Shown: positions 29,652-40,780 of the stretch, piece by piece
How the letters are laid out: each line of letters opens with the position of its first letter
Position numbering within the stretch: the stretch's first letter is position 1
Origin: Pedosphaera sp.
Lineage (GTDB): Bacteria; Verrucomicrobiota; Verrucomicrobiia; Limisphaerales; DSYF01
Direction of reading: 5' to 3'
Assembly (NCBI GenBank): GCA_017853715.1
Contig: JAFMIZ010000005.1
Location: 2,835 to 66,834 of the forward strand
DNA: 64,000 nucleotides
Made by a program: the position numbers and the translations under genes
Notes under the pieces: generated by a model
The model's input: only the letters and a program-made list of their open reading frames with translations
The model's database searches: none
What the model was told of the DNA's origin: nothing

Positions 29652-30907
29652 AGGCGAAGCGCACAACCCTCCTGCTAGGCGAGCTGCGTGAAAGCCTCGC
29701 GATGGCCCTGCACGCCATCGCCGCGCACAAGCTTCGCTCGGCACTGACGTTGTTAGGCGTGCTCATCGGCGTGTTCTCCATCATTGTCGTGATGACCGCA
29801 CTGCGCGTCATGCAGAACAACATCGAGTCGAGTTTGAGCGAGCTGGGCATCAACAGCTTCATGATTCGCAAACACCCGATGATGTCCTTCGGCGGGGTGG
29901 ATTGGGAGAAGGTTGCGCGCCGCAAGGACATCACGCTGGCCATGGGCCGCAAGCTGGCGGAGCAGGCCAGCCAGCCCCAAAGCATCGGCATCGAGACGAT
30001 GTTCTGGGGCGGACAAGTGGAAACCCGTCTTGGCCAGAGCGCGCCCACGGTGCAGGTGTTTGGCGAAACGCCCGGCAGCTTTCCCTCGCGAAACTGGGTG
30101 ATAGCGGACGGTCGCGCCATCACGGAGGCTGACGTGGATAGCTCCCGGGATGTGGTCGTGCTCGGCGCAGCGCTCGCCGAAACGGTCTTCCCGCTGGGGT
30201 CGCCCCTCGGTGAAAAGGTCAAACTGAACGGACTCAATTACACCGTGGTCGGCGTGCTGGCTTCCAAGGGCGCATCCCGATCGGACAACCAAGACAACGT
30301 CGCGATTGTCCCGTTGACGACAGGCTTGAGCCGCTTTGGCCGGTGGAATCGCAGCCTCAATATCCTCGTGCAGGCCAAGGATCGCAGCTCTTTTGAAAGC
30401 ACGATGGACGAAGTGCGTGGCGCCATGCGCGTCATCCGCAAAACGCCGCCGGGCGAGCCCGATGATTTTGAGATCATCTCCAACGACTCTTTGATCGCGC
30501 AGTTCAACCAGTTCACCCGTGTGGTCCGCATCGGCATCGCGGGCGTAAGTTCGATTGCCCTGATCGCCGCCGGCATCGGCATCATGAACATCATGCTGGT
30601 CAGCGTAACGGAACGCACCCGGGAAATCGGCATCCGCCGCGCGGTGGGAGCCAAGAAGCGCAACATCATGACGCAATTCATCCTCGAAGCGATCATGCTC
30701 TGCGAGTTGGGCGGCATGGTGGGTGTTGTTCTGGGGATCATCGGCGGCAACGCCACGGCACTATTCCTGAGGCTGCCAACCGTCATTCCAGTCGACTGGG
30801 CCATCATCGGCCTGCTGATCTGCTCCGTAGTCGGCATCATCTTCGGCACCTACCCCGCTTGGAAAGCAGCCAACCTCGATCCGATAGACTCGCTGCGGTA
30901 TGAATAG
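29648..30907 (+). CDS. ABC transporter permease (MacB_PCD + FtsX), second paralog
   Basis: [30 protein letters not shown] 29648 overlaps the previous stop (ATGA). Confidence 0.88.
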   Translation: MKAKRTTLLLGELRESLAMALHAIAAHKLRSALTLLGVLIGVFSIIVVMTALRVMQNNIESSLSELGINSFMIRKHPMMSFGGVDWEKVARRKDITLAMGRKLAEQASQPQSIGIETMFWGGQVETRLGQSAPTVQVFGETPGSFPSRNWVIADGRAITEADVDSSRDVVVLGAALAETVFPLGSPLGEKVKLNGLNYTVVGVLASKGASRSDNQDNVAIVPLTTGLSRFGRWNRSLNILVQAKDRSSFESTMDEVRGAMRVIRKTPPGEPDDFEIISNDSLIAQFNQFTRVVRIGIAGVSSIALIAAGIGIMNIMLVSVTERTREIGIRRAVGAKKRNIMTQFILEAIMLCELGGMVGVVLGIIGGNATALFLRLPTVIPVDWAIIGLLICSVVGIIFGTYPAWKAANLDPIDSLRYE

Positions 30908-31034
30908 AGCCAACTAAATCAAGTTTTTCGCGTTGTTGCCTGCCCCGGCCTTCTGAGCTACTGTCCGCCCTCAATTTTGGCGGCGCACCGCCGCCTTGGA
31001 CCCGGACCCAAGACGCTAGAACCCAGACGCTATT

Positions 31035-32273
31035 ATGGCTCAACTGAACGACAATTATCTCAAACTTAAGGCTGGTTATCTCTTTCCTGAAATTGGCCGC
31101 CGCGTGAAGGCGTTTTGCGACGCTAATCCCGAGGGCGCCACGCGCCTCATTCGTTGCGGCATTGGCGACGTAACGGAGCCGTTGCCGCCGGCGGTCATCG
31201 CCGCTATGCACAAGGCCGTGGATGAAATGGCCTCGCGCGAATCGTTCAAGGGCTACGGCCCCGAGCAAGGTTACGAATGGCTTCGCCGCGCCATCGCCCA
31301 GAATGATTACCGCGATCGTGGACTGGATGTGGCCGACGATGAAATCTTCGTCAGCGACGGCTCGAAGTGCGATTGCGGCGGCATCCTCGACATCCTCGGC
31401 AGCAAGAACAAGATCGCCATCAGCGATCCCGTCTATCCTGTCTATGTCGACACGAACGTGATGGCAGGTCACACGGGCGAGGCCAACGAAGCTGGCGCTT
31501 ATGCAAAGATTGTTTACCTGCCCTGCAAGGCGAGCACCGGGTTCATCCCCGTCCCGCCGAAAAAGCACGTGGACGTCATCTACCTGTGCTCGCCGAACAA
31601 CCCCACCGGCGCAGCCGCCACGCGCGAGCAATTGGAAGCGTGGGTCGAATATGCTCTGGAGCACAAGGCGGTGATTCTGTTCGACGCCGCTTACGAAGCT
31701 TACATCAGCGACCCGGCGATTCCGCATTCCATCTATGAGATCCCGGGCGCGCGTGATTGCGCCGTCGAGTTCCGCAGCTTCTCCAAGAACGGCGGGTTCA
31801 CCGGCACGCGCTGCGCATTTACGGTGGTTCCCAAGTCACTGCTGGCTCAAACGAAGACTGGCGAAACCAAGCCGCTGCATCCGCTCTGGAACCGTCGCAT
31901 GACGACCAAGTTCAATGGCGTGAGTTACATCGTGCAACGTGCCGCCGAGGCGCTGTATTCCCCTGAAGGCAAGCAGCAGGTGCGCACACTCATCGAACAT
32001 TACATGGGCAATGCGGCTGTCCTGCGCAAGGGTGCCAAGAAGGCTGGGCTCAAGGTTTTTGGCGGCGAGAATGCACCTTACATCTGGGTTCGCACACCCA
32101 AGGGCGTCACCAGCTGGCAGGCGTTCGATAAGATCTTGAACGATGCCAACGTCGTAATCACGCCCGGTAGCGGATTCGGCTCTAAAGGCGAAGGATTCTT
32201 CCGCATCAGTAGCTTTAACAGCCGCTCTAATGCGGAGGAAGTAGCCCGCCGCTTGCAAGAATTGAAGTGGTAA
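31035..32273 (+). CDS. dapL: LL-diaminopimelate aminotransferase
   Basis: N-terminal [24 protein letters not shown]-lysine context [13 protein letters not shown]. About 410 aa, as in the DapL of Chlamydiae, plants and Verrucomicrobia. Confidence 0.88.
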   Translation: MAQLNDNYLKLKAGYLFPEIGRRVKAFCDANPEGATRLIRCGIGDVTEPLPPAVIAAMHKAVDEMASRESFKGYGPEQGYEWLRRAIAQNDYRDRGLDVADDEIFVSDGSKCDCGGILDILGSKNKIAISDPVYPVYVDTNVMAGHTGEANEAGAYAKIVYLPCKASTGFIPVPPKKHVDVIYLCSPNNPTGAAATREQLEAWVEYALEHKAVILFDAAYEAYISDPAIPHSIYEIPGARDCAVEFRSFSKNGGFTGTRCAFTVVPKSLLAQTKTGETKPLHPLWNRRMTTKFNGVSYIVQRAAEALYSPEGKQQVRTLIEHYMGNAAVLRKGAKKAGLKVFGGENAPYIWVRTPKGVTSWQAFDKILNDANVVITPGSGFGSKGEGFFRISSFNSRSNAEEVARRLQELKW

Positions 32274-32356
32274 GCAACACTAGTGAAGCCGTGCAGTGAG
32301 GCAGCTAAGGCTGGACTGACCTAGGCGGCTTTCCTGAAACAAACTCTATCGAACTT

Positions 32357-33028
32357 ATGAAACAACTCAAATCATCATTGATTGCACTCGCGCTGGCGGC
32401 ATTCGCTGTCGGTTGCGCTACCAAAGGCTACCAGAAGGCTGACAACGCCGGCGCCTATCTTGGAGCAACTGCCCAACGCGTTGACCGCGGCATCGGGCAG
32501 ATCGACGCCGCCACCGGTGTGCTCCAGGATCTCGTGGAGAATCCCCAAGCCGACATGAAGGCACAGTTCAAGGCTTACAGTTCCGCTGTGGCCAGCCTTG
32601 AGAGCCTCACCAAGGATATGGGCTCGCGCGCCGCCAAGGTTCATTCGCTCGGCACGAACTACCTCAAGAAGTGGGACGACAATCTCGCCACGATCCAGAA
32701 CGAGGACATCCGCAAGCAAAGCGCCGAGCGCAAGGCGGAGGTGATGAAGAAGTTTGATGCCGTGAAGGCCAGCTACAAAGACGCGCGCGATGAATTCTTG
32801 CCGTTGTTGGCTGACTTGCGCGACATCCGCACCGCCCTGAGCACCGACCTGACCACGGCGGGTGTGGAAGCCATTCGCAAATCCATGACCGGTGTCAACA
32901 AGCGGGCCAAAGACGTTCGCAAGTCGCTGGCAGACCTCTCCACGCAGTTCAAAGAGTTTGGCAAGTCGCTAGAAGTTCCCGTGCCGCCGCCCGCTCCCAA
33001 GACCGGGGGGGCCGCACCGACCAAGTGA
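32357..33028 (+). CDS. lipoprotein, DUF2959-like helical protein
   Basis: Lipobox LALAAFAVGC. All-helical body whose pattern ...KKWDDNLATIQNEDIRKQS...FLPLLADLRDIRTALSTDLT resembles DUF2959. Confidence 0.6.
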   Translation: MKQLKSSLIALALAAFAVGCATKGYQKADNAGAYLGATAQRVDRGIGQIDAATGVLQDLVENPQADMKAQFKAYSSAVASLESLTKDMGSRAAKVHSLGTNYLKKWDDNLATIQNEDIRKQSAERKAEVMKKFDAVKASYKDARDEFLPLLADLRDIRTALSTDLTTAGVEAIRKSMTGVNKRAKDVRKSLADLSTQFKEFGKSLEVPVPPPAPKTGGAAPTK

Positions 33029-33056
33029 GATTCATTTAATCTTAAACCAGAGAGCA

Positions 33057-33087
33057 AAACGCCGGGCCTGGCCCGGCGTTTTCGTTT
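33057..33087. terminator. intrinsic terminator between convergent genes
   Basis: aaaaCGCCGGGC-ctg-GCCCGGCGttttcgttt: an 8-bp GC stem plus a U-tract after the lipoprotein gene. The A-run on the other side also serves the minus-strand mqnA. Confidence 0.75.
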
Positions 33088-33112
33088 CTGGGCTCACGGA
33101 CCCCACAAGACG

Positions 33113-34009
33113 CTAGCTCACAAACGTGGGTGCGTACACGGGGCCGAGCCCATGCTTCTCCAGCAGTTCGATGAATTTGGCCAGCCCGCGCCGTTCATCC
33201 GTGCCGAGGTGATAATGGATATGCCAGCCCAGGTAATCCTTGCGAAACTCGCGGGAGTATTCCTTACGGCTGCTGATGATGTGCTCCAAGGTGTCCAACC
33301 CAAACAACTGTGCCTCCCGAAGCGTCCGCCGAAGAGCTTTGCTCTCCACCCCGCGCCGCAGCGCCCACACCGCGTAAACAAACGGCAGTTTCGTCAACTC
33401 ATACCAAGCGAGGCCCAAATCCAAGATTTGGTGTGCATGACCTGCCAAGGCAAAATCCAGCGCACGATCGCCGATGAGCAACACCGCCTCGCACTTGGGG
33501 GCATCGGAGTAATCGGCCAGCGGCTTGAACTCCAACTTCAACCCACGTTCGGCCAGCAGCACCTTCAGGAGATTCACACTGGTCAGGGATGCTGAATCGA
33601 GATGGACGACGCGGATTTCCTCCAGCGGCACCGTGTGCGCTAGAAATACGCTCTTCACTTCGCCCAAAGACGCCACCGCGATTCCATCGAGGATGTCGTA
33701 ACGTTCCGTGAACAATACCTCCACCACGCTGACCAGGGCGGCATCCAGTTCATCCCGACGCAACATTTCGGCCAGCTTGGACGGCGGTGCATAAACAACT
33801 TCATCTTCCAGCCCGCGCGTGAGCGGCACAGCATTGAGCGCATGCACCGAGCCCACGCGAAATGGCGCCAGCGAGCGATCCAGTTCCGCCTCCACTTCAC
33901 GCGAGGCCACGAGTTTCTCGCGCGCCACGCGGCGCTCAAGCGACTCGGCAGACTCCGCAGGTTCCGGTTCAGCCATGCGCAATTTGGGAATTTCGTCAAA
34001 CGAACTCAT
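33113..34009 (-). CDS. menaquinone (futalosine pathway) protein, MqnA/MqnD family
   Basis: Periplasmic-binding-protein-like VitK2 biosynthesis pattern: FRVGSVHALNAVPLTRGL...LDAALVSVVE...LDSASLTSVNLLKVLL...LIGDRAL. About 45 aa acidic N-terminal extension; an alternative ATG is at 33976. Confidence 0.72.
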   Translation of the reverse strand: MSSFDEIPKLRMAEPEPAESAESLERRVAREKLVASREVEAELDRSLAPFRVGSVHALNAVPLTRGLEDEVVYAPPSKLAEMLRRDELDAALVSVVEVLFTERYDILDGIAVASLGEVKSVFLAHTVPLEEIRVVHLDSASLTSVNLLKVLLAERGLKLEFKPLADYSDAPKCEAVLLIGDRALDFALAGHAHQILDLGLAWYELTKLPFVYAVWALRRGVESKALRRTLREAQLFGLDTLEHIISSRKEYSREFRKDYLGWHIHYHLGTDERRGLAKFIELLEKHGLGPVYAPTFVS

Positions 34010-34224
34010 GCCAGCAACTTCGCCCGGAATCTATCAGCCCCGGCGCGTGCCTCCAGCAGAATTGACCGACCACGAACACCGTGACCGAATTGGAAATTGG
34101 TTGCCAAAGCCCGCCTTGATCCCGGCGTTCGGGGCGGTTTCGAGGATTGGGAGCAGGTATGCTGAAATAATAAACCCACGGCTTGCGCCGTGGGTTCTGG
34201 AACATTTGCCGATGCCGCTGATAA

Positions 34225-35454
34225 CTAGTTCTTCTTGGCTTGAACCTTTGCCGCGACTTTCAGGCGCAGACCGTTCAAGCGGATGAAGCCGGTGGCATCG
34301 TCCTGGTTGTAGGCCTTGGTCGGGTCGGCTTCCATCGTGGCGATGTGGGGATTGTAGAGGCTAACCTTGGACTTGCGGCCGCTGACCATGATGTTGCCCT
34401 TGTAAAGTTTCACGCGCACCGTGCCGGTGACGTTCTTCTGGGATTCTTCGACGTAGGCTTGGAGGGCTTCACGTTCCGGCGCGTACCAGAAACCGTTGTA
34501 AACAAGTTCGGCATATTTCGGGATGAGCGCGTCGCGCTGGTGCATGACTTCGCGGTCCATCGTGAGGCTTTCCATCTGGCGATGCGCGAAATGCAGGATC
34601 GCGCCGCCGGGAGTTTCATAAACACCACGGCTCTTCATGCCGACGAAACGGTTCTCGACCATGTCCACGCGACCGACGCCGTGTTTGCCGCCGAGCTTGT
34701 TCAACGCCCTCATCACGCCGAGCGGATTGAGCTTCTTGCCGTTCACCGCCACACAATCACCCTTCACGAAATCGAGTTCGACGAACTTGGGCTTGTCAGG
34801 CGCGTCTTCAGGCAACACGGAGAGCGTGCAGAAATAACCACGGTTCTTGAGGTCGTAGCTGTCATACCACGGGTCTTCGAGGATGCCGGCCTCGTAGGAG
34901 ATGTGCAGGAGGTTGCGGTCCATCGAATACGGCTTCTTGGCGCTGGCCTGCACGGGAATCTTGTGCTTGGCGCAGTAATCAATCATCTCCTGACGACCGG
35001 GAAACTCCTTGCGATACCGCTCGTCGCGCCACGGGGCGATGACTCGCAAGTCCGGGGCGAGCGCAGCGGCGGTGAGTTCGAAGCGGACTTGGTCATTGCC
35101 CTTGCCGGTGGCCCCGTGCGCAATGGCGTCGGCCTTTTCCTTCTTCGCGATCTCAACCATGCGTTTGGCGATCAGCGGACGGGCGATGCTGGTGCCGAGG
35201 AAGTATTGTCCCTCGTAAATTGCCCCGGCACGGATCATCGGGAAGATGAAGTCACGGGCGAATTCTTCCTGCAAGTTATCAATGTAAATCTTGGATGCGC
35301 CGGTTTTCTTGGCCTTGGCTTCGAGGCCGTGCAGTTCTTCTTCCTGCCCGATGTCGGCGCAGAAGCCGATCATCTCGGCGTTGTATTTCTCCTTGATCCA
35401 GGACATGAGGACCGAGGTGTCGAGACCGCCCGAGTATGCGAGAACGATTTTCAT
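34225..35454 (-). CDS. argG: argininosuccinate synthase
   Basis: [15 protein letters not shown] and [14 protein letters not shown] are canonical. Confidence 0.95.
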   Translation of the reverse strand: MKIVLAYSGGLDTSVLMSWIKEKYNAEMIGFCADIGQEEELHGLEAKAKKTGASKIYIDNLQEEFARDFIFPMIRAGAIYEGQYFLGTSIARPLIAKRMVEIAKKEKADAIAHGATGKGNDQVRFELTAAALAPDLRVIAPWRDERYRKEFPGRQEMIDYCAKHKIPVQASAKKPYSMDRNLLHISYEAGILEDPWYDSYDLKNRGYFCTLSVLPEDAPDKPKFVELDFVKGDCVAVNGKKLNPLGVMRALNKLGGKHGVGRVDMVENRFVGMKSRGVYETPGGAILHFAHRQMESLTMDREVMHQRDALIPKYAELVYNGFWYAPEREALQAYVEESQKNVTGTVRVKLYKGNIMVSGRKSKVSLYNPHIATMEADPTKAYNQDDATGFIRLNGLRLKVAAKVQAKKN

Positions 35455-35488
35455 GGTATGAGGGAGTTTGTCAGAATTGCCAGCGGGG

Positions 35489-36703
35489 TCAAATCATGTG
35501 GCAGAACATGGCGTCGCGAAGTTTGGGTTCAAACCATGTGCTCTTGGGCGGCATGATGCCCCCCGCATCCGCGATGGCCATGAGGTCCACGATGCTCGTG
35601 GGGAACATGCTGAAGGCGCAGGCGTAGTCGCCGCTGTTCACAAGCTTCTCCAACTCCGCCGTGCCCCGAATGCCTCCGACGAAGTTGATGCGCTTGCTGG
35701 TGCGCGGGTCGTCAATGCCGAACAACGGCGCAAGCACGTACTTTTGCAGCAACGTCACATCCAGACTCTCAATCGGATCACTGGAATTGGTGAGCTGCGG
35801 ACGGAACTTGAGCGAGAGCCATTGGCCGCCGATGAACAATCCAAGTTCGTGTTTGCCCACGGGCTTGGGATTGCCGCCGGTGGCAATCTGAAACACGGCT
35901 TCCAGCTTGGCCAGCAGTTGGCTGGTGCTGTGACCGTTCAAATCCTTCAACACCCGGTTGTAGGGCAGGATCTGCATCTGATTGTGGGGGAAGATGACCG
36001 TGAGGAACGTGCTGCTGCACCCCTTGCCCTTGCGGCTTTGAAACACTCGACCAGCCGCAGCACTGCGATGATGTCCGTCGGCGATGTAAAGCGCCGGGAT
36101 CTTGGCGAACTCCGCTTCGATAATCTTAAGCGTCGCCGCATCGCTCACCGTCCAGGCCGTATGCCGCACGCCGTCCTTGCCGGTGAAGTCCACATCGGGC
36201 TGGCCTTGGGTGACGCTCGCGAATAATTCGTCCAGTGCCGCCACGGCGCGATAAGTGAGAAACACCGGCCCCGTCTGGGAGTTCAACGTCTCGATGTGCC
36301 GCACGCGATCGTCCTCTTTGTCAGGCCGCGTGAACTCATGTTTCTTAATGACGCCGCTCAAGTATTCTTCGCAACTCGACGCCGCCACCAAACCAAGCTG
36401 GCTGTGCTGGCCCATCACTTGGCGATAGAGGTAATAGCAAGGCTTCTTGTCCTGAAACAGCGCACCCTCCGCGATCAACTTTTCAAAGTTTTCTTTGCCC
36501 TTGGCGTAAACCTCTGCCGAATACAGGTCGGTGCCGGGAGGCAGGTCAATTTCCGGTTTGCTAACGTGCAGAAAGCTGAGCGGGTTGCCGTCCGCCATTT
36601 GACGCGCCTCCTCGGACGACATGACGTCGTAAGGCAGCTCGCAAATGCGGCTGGCGAGTTCGGGCTTTGGACGCAGGGCGGCGAATGGTCTTACGGTAGC
36701 CAT
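35489..36703 (-). CDS. DUF1015 domain-containing protein
   Basis: [31 protein letters not shown]... and ...[10 protein letters not shown]... are typical of DUF1015. Start taken at ATG 36703. Confidence 0.8.
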   Translation of the reverse strand: MATVRPFAALRPKPELASRICELPYDVMSSEEARQMADGNPLSFLHVSKPEIDLPPGTDLYSAEVYAKGKENFEKLIAEGALFQDKKPCYYLYRQVMGQHSQLGLVAASSCEEYLSGVIKKHEFTRPDKEDDRVRHIETLNSQTGPVFLTYRAVAALDELFASVTQGQPDVDFTGKDGVRHTAWTVSDAATLKIIEAEFAKIPALYIADGHHRSAAAGRVFQSRKGKGCSSTFLTVIFPHNQMQILPYNRVLKDLNGHSTSQLLAKLEAVFQIATGGNPKPVGKHELGLFIGGQWLSLKFRPQLTNSSDPIESLDVTLLQKYVLAPLFGIDDPRTSKRINFVGGIRGTAELEKLVNSGDYACAFSMFPTSIVDLMAIADAGGIMPPKSTWFEPKLRDAMFCHMI

Positions 36704-36878
36704 AGGGCCGCGCAAGATAGGGGTAGCCACCCGGCAAATCACGCAGTTTTTGGTCATTTGCACCTTTCCATGCGCTGCGAAAGCTTTCGCTTGCTGGAGG
36801 ACAGTTCGCGTTGCCAAGCCGACAGGGCTAGTCCGGGAAAGCTATTGCTTAAACCCCCGCTTTGGCCTAGAAAACTGC

Positions 36879-37484
36879 ATGCACATTCCAAAATCTCTGC
36901 TCCTGGCTACGGTCGCCTATCTGGCAATCAGCGCTTCCAAAACGCTCGCGAAAGACTCAGACGACGCGGCCAAGTTGCGTGAAGCCATGCGCCAAAAGCT
37001 GGCCGAGGAGAAAAGTGCTCAAACCGCACCAGCGCAAGCAACTCCCGCTGCACCGGCGAAGCCAGCCGCCCCGGCCGCCACAGCAAAACCTGTCACTCCG
37101 GCTACTCCAGCGGCACCCGTGAAACCCACGCCGGCGCCGGCGCCAGTCAAACCGGCAACCCAAGCCTCGGCGACTGATTCCGTAGTAGTCGGTGACGATC
37201 CCGAAGATGCTGCACTGCGTGAAGCGATGCGTGCCCGCATGGGTGACAAAGCTGTCCCGGCTGCTGCGCCTGCAGAACCAGCTCCGGCTCCGACCAAGCC
37301 AGCTAAACCTGCACCTTCGAAGGCCAAGCCAGCCAAAGCCGCATCAACACCCATGCAAACACCCGCCTCACCTTTGGCTGGCAGCAAGGAAGAGCGCCTC
37401 AAGCACCTGCTCGATCAATATAAAGCTGACCAGATCACGCCTGAGGAATATCACAAGCAACGGGCCAAAATCGTTGCCGAGTAA
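36879..37484 (+). CDS. secreted Pro/Ala-rich repeat protein with C-terminal SHOCT-like domain
   Basis: Signal peptide MHIPKSLLLATVAYLAISASKTLA. Two modules (acidic patch + A(K/A)LREAMR + PA-rich spacer). C-terminal KEERLKHLLDQYKADQITPEEYHKQRAKI. Confidence 0.65.
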   Translation: MHIPKSLLLATVAYLAISASKTLAKDSDDAAKLREAMRQKLAEEKSAQTAPAQATPAAPAKPAAPAATAKPVTPATPAAPVKPTPAPAPVKPATQASATDSVVVGDDPEDAALREAMRARMGDKAVPAAAPAEPAPAPTKPAKPAPSKAKPAKAASTPMQTPASPLAGSKEERLKHLLDQYKADQITPEEYHKQRAKIVAE

Positions 37485-37502
37485 CCGTTTTATATCCCCA
37501 CG

Positions 37503-37529
37503 CCCGCCGGACTGCCGGCGGGTTTTTTA
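37503..37529 (+). terminator. intrinsic terminator
   Basis: CCCGCCGG-actg-CCGGCGGG followed by tttttt (an 8-bp perfect GC stem and a U6 tract). Confidence 0.85.
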
Positions 37530-37565
37530 TTGGCAGAAAGCGCGCCGGTCCTACACTGCGCGCCC

Positions 37566-38864
37566 ATGCATAGTTTTCGTTACGTTGGCAATAAACTGTT
37601 CTGCGAAGGCGTCTCCATCGAATCACTCGTCAAGGAGCACGGCACGCCGCTCTTCGTGTATTCGCAGCACACCCTGACCGATCATTTCCAGAAGCTCGAC
37701 AGCGCCATGGCGGGCGTGGACCACCTGGTCTGCTACGCCATGAAGTCGAATTCGAATCTTGCTGTCCTGCGCACTTTGGCGGATTTGGGTGGTGGATTCG
37801 ACATCGTCAGCGCCGGTGAATTGCAACGCGTCATCGCCGCCGGCGGCGACCCTCGCAAATGCGTATTCGCGGGCGTCGGTAAGACCGAGGCTGAAATCGA
37901 GTATGCCCTGCGCAAGGGAGTGTATTCCTTCAACGTCGAGAGCGAACCTGAACTCCGCCGCATCAACAAGGTGGCCGCGCGTCTCAACAAGCTCGCGCCC
38001 GTGGCAGTGCGCGTGAACCCGAACGTGGATGCAGGCACGCACGCCAAGATCACCACCGGCACTTACGAAAACAAATTCGGCATCGCCTTCGAGCAGGTGG
38101 AGGGCGTTTACCGGCGCGCCAGCAAGTTGAAGAACATCTGGCTGCGCGGCGTGCAGATGCACATCGGCTCACAGTTGACGGACGTCAAGCCCTTTGAGTT
38201 GGCCGTGCGCAAGGTGCTCCCGCTCGTCGAGAAACTGAAAGCCCGTCACAAGCTCGAGTTCTTCAGCATCGGCGGCGGCATCGGCATCATGTATCGCGAT
38301 GCCTTGGCGAGTGGCTCACCCGATTGGTGGCAGAAGCCCACTGCAAAGAAGATCATCACACCTGCGATGTATGCCGCCCGGCTGGTCAAACTGCTGCAGC
38401 CGCTGGGCCTGCGCATTCTCATGGAGCCAGGCCGGTTCATCTCCGGCAACGCCGGCATTCTCGTGACCCGCATCGAATATGTGAAGCAAACCGGCAAGAA
38501 GAACTTCCTCATCGTGGACGCCGCGATGAACGACCTGATCCGTCCGGCGTTCTACGACTCCTACCATGAAATTGTCCCACTGCGTGGCAAGGTCGGCAAG
38601 CTCATCAGCTCGGATGTCGTGGGGCCGATTTGCGAATCCGGAGATTACTTCTGCAAAGACCGTCCCCTGCCAAAGCTGGGCGAAGGTGACTGCATTGCGC
38701 TGCTGAGCGCCGGCGCCTACGGCTCGGTGATGGGATCGAACTACAACTCCCGCGCGTTGCCGACGGAAGTGCTCGTCAATGGCCGCACGGCTGCCGTTGT
38801 GCGCGAGCGCCAGACCATTGCGGACATCTGGGAGAACGAGCGGATCGCACCGTGGCAGAAGTAG
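37566..38864 (+). CDS. lysA: diaminopimelate decarboxylase
   Basis: GTPLFVYS, the PLP-Lys context YAMKSNSN, GGGIGI and GPICESGD. ATG 37566. Confidence 0.93.
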   Translation: MHSFRYVGNKLFCEGVSIESLVKEHGTPLFVYSQHTLTDHFQKLDSAMAGVDHLVCYAMKSNSNLAVLRTLADLGGGFDIVSAGELQRVIAAGGDPRKCVFAGVGKTEAEIEYALRKGVYSFNVESEPELRRINKVAARLNKLAPVAVRVNPNVDAGTHAKITTGTYENKFGIAFEQVEGVYRRASKLKNIWLRGVQMHIGSQLTDVKPFELAVRKVLPLVEKLKARHKLEFFSIGGGIGIMYRDALASGSPDWWQKPTAKKIITPAMYAARLVKLLQPLGLRILMEPGRFISGNAGILVTRIEYVKQTGKKNFLIVDAAMNDLIRPAFYDSYHEIVPLRGKVGKLISSDVVGPICESGDYFCKDRPLPKLGEGDCIALLSAGAYGSVMGSNYNSRALPTEVLVNGRTAAVVRERQTIADIWENERIAPWQK

Positions 38865-38969
38865 TTTGACCTGCTCGGGCAGCCTCATGCCAAGTTCGCC
38901 AGACGGCAACGATGTGGATTCAACTTCGCGGCCTTGGCGGTTTGGACTTGGGGAAAATCAGCCGCGCTC

Positions 38970-39473
38970 TTATTTTCCCATCAACTTCTCCACCAGTTCG
39001 GAGATGAACGCTGCTTGCGCGGGGATGATTTTGCGTTTGGCTTCAGCGAGGTGGAAGAACGCAGCACGGTCCACTTCCGGGAAGGAACGTTTTTGGCCTG
39101 AGTAAGGCGGCCATTCCATTTCGAAGTTGATGCTGTGCACGCGAGCTGGATCACAGTCGCCTTGGAATGCCCACGCGTGCACCGTCTTGCCGCTCTTCTG
39201 GCGAATGGGTTTAAGCGGTATAAACGGACCCGTGCAGTCGAAGCCGGTCTCTTCCTTGAACTCCCGTTGCGCGGCGGCCAGCGGCTCTTCCCCCTCGTTG
39301 ATGCCGCCTTTGGGAACGCTCCACGCACCGTTTTCCTTGTGCTGCCAGAACGGTCCTCCCGGATGGACCAGCAGGACTTGGAGAACGCCATCGCAGAGGC
39401 GGAACATGAGCAGACCCGCGCTCACCTTTTCGCTGAGCGGCTTGGACTTTTGCTGGGCGGTCCCGCGGGGCAT
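38970..39473 (-). CDS. NUDIX hydrolase
   Basis: Nudix box GGINEGEEPLAAAQREFKEETGF. Confidence 0.85.
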   Translation of the reverse strand: MPRGTAQQKSKPLSEKVSAGLLMFRLCDGVLQVLLVHPGGPFWQHKENGAWSVPKGGINEGEEPLAAAQREFKEETGFDCTGPFIPLKPIRQKSGKTVHAWAFQGDCDPARVHSINFEMEWPPYSGQKRSFPEVDRAAFFHLAEAKRKIIPAQAAFISELVEKLMGK

Positions 39474-39580
39474 GGCGTGCGCATCATAGTTTCCCGCCGG
39501 TGACCACGCGAATACTTTTACCGGTAAAAATCATGTCGGCTCGTGATTGTATTTGTCCGCGCTGCCCCTAACTTTAGCTC

Positions 39581-40768
39581 GTGAACAGCAAGTATTCAGT
39601 CGCCGCGCACTGGGAAGGCGATTTCGATGAAGCCGGTCTGCAAGGCTGGGCGGAAGGGTTGCGTCGCCAAATGCAGACTGCGCCCATCTCGCTGGGCCTG
39701 GTTTTCATGACACCGCGTTTCTTTCCACACGCCCAGCAGGTGCTGGAAATCCTTCAAGTCCACGGACAGATCCCGTTGCTGATGGGTTGCTCGAGCAACA
39801 GCCTCATTGCGGGTGACCGGGAAATCGAGGACGGCGCGGGTCTCTCGCTCGGACTTTATTCCCTACCCGGTGCGCAATTGCACGCAGTTCATTTCACCCA
39901 AGAGCAGCTTGAAGCTGCCGAGAATCCGGAATTCTGGCCGCAGCACACGGGGGTTCAGCCCGGCGACTGCAACGGCTGGCTCACATTTGTGGACCCATTC
40001 AACATAGACAGTGAGGGCTGGCTTCGCTCTTGGAGCGCAGCGTATCCGGCTGCTCCCGTCCTGGGCGGACTGGCAGGCGGCGACTTCAGCGAACGTAACA
40101 CGCAAATTTACCTGAACGGCGAGGTCTTTGACGAAGGCGGCGTCGGCCTCGCGGTGGGTGGCGAGGTGGAACTGGCCAGCGTGATTTCACAGGGCTGCAC
40201 CCCGATCGGTGAAACGTGGACACTGACCCACGTGAACCAGAACATCATCCAGCAAATCGGTAATCGACCTGCCTACGAAGTGCTCGCGGAAACGGTGCAA
40301 AACCTTTCTGAAGAGGAACAGAAAGCTGCGCGTGGCAACTTGTTGATCGGATTGGTCGTGAACGAATACCTCGAAGATTTCCATCGCGGCGATTTTCTCA
40401 TCCGCAATCTTCTGGGTGCCGACGCGCAGTCAGGAGCTATTGCCGTGGGCGCCCTGCCCCGGCCCGGCCAGACGATCCAATTTCAGAGGCGCGACGCAGA
40501 AGCCGCCAACGAAGACATGAGCGAATTGCTGGCGCGCGCTTCGAAACAGCTGGCCGACAGAACCATTCTCGGCGCATGCCTCTGCTCCTGCAACGGGCGC
40601 GGCGAGGGACTATTCGGCCAGCCGAACCACGACGCCTCAATGGTTCAGGAGCGACTCGGCCCGATTGGACTGGCGGGCTTCTTTTGCAGCGGCGAGATAG
40701 GTCCCATTGGCGAGCGCAACTTCCTCCACGGCTTCACCGCCTCGCTGGCGGTGTTCGTGAAGAAGTAA
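39581..40768 (+). CDS. FIST (N+C) domain signal-transduction protein
   Basis: FIST_N-like LLMGCSSNSLIAGDREIEDG... and a FIST_C ending FFCSGEIGPIGERNFLHGFTASLAVF. GTG start. Confidence 0.75.
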   Translation: MNSKYSVAAHWEGDFDEAGLQGWAEGLRRQMQTAPISLGLVFMTPRFFPHAQQVLEILQVHGQIPLLMGCSSNSLIAGDREIEDGAGLSLGLYSLPGAQLHAVHFTQEQLEAAENPEFWPQHTGVQPGDCNGWLTFVDPFNIDSEGWLRSWSAAYPAAPVLGGLAGGDFSERNTQIYLNGEVFDEGGVGLAVGGEVELASVISQGCTPIGETWTLTHVNQNIIQQIGNRPAYEVLAETVQNLSEEEQKAARGNLLIGLVVNEYLEDFHRGDFLIRNLLGADAQSGAIAVGALPRPGQTIQFQRRDAEAANEDMSELLARASKQLADRTILGACLCSCNGRGEGLFGQPNHDASMVQERLGPIGLAGFFCSGEIGPIGERNFLHGFTASLAVFVKK

Positions 40769-40780
40769 CTCAAACAAAGT

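Noticed and set aside
30908-31034. Lysine (L-box) riboswitch upstream of dapL, and likewise upstream of lysA at 37485-37565.
   Set aside because: The spacers are short (127 and 81 nt), lack L-box conserved cores, and the lysA spacer is fully accounted for by the upstream terminator.
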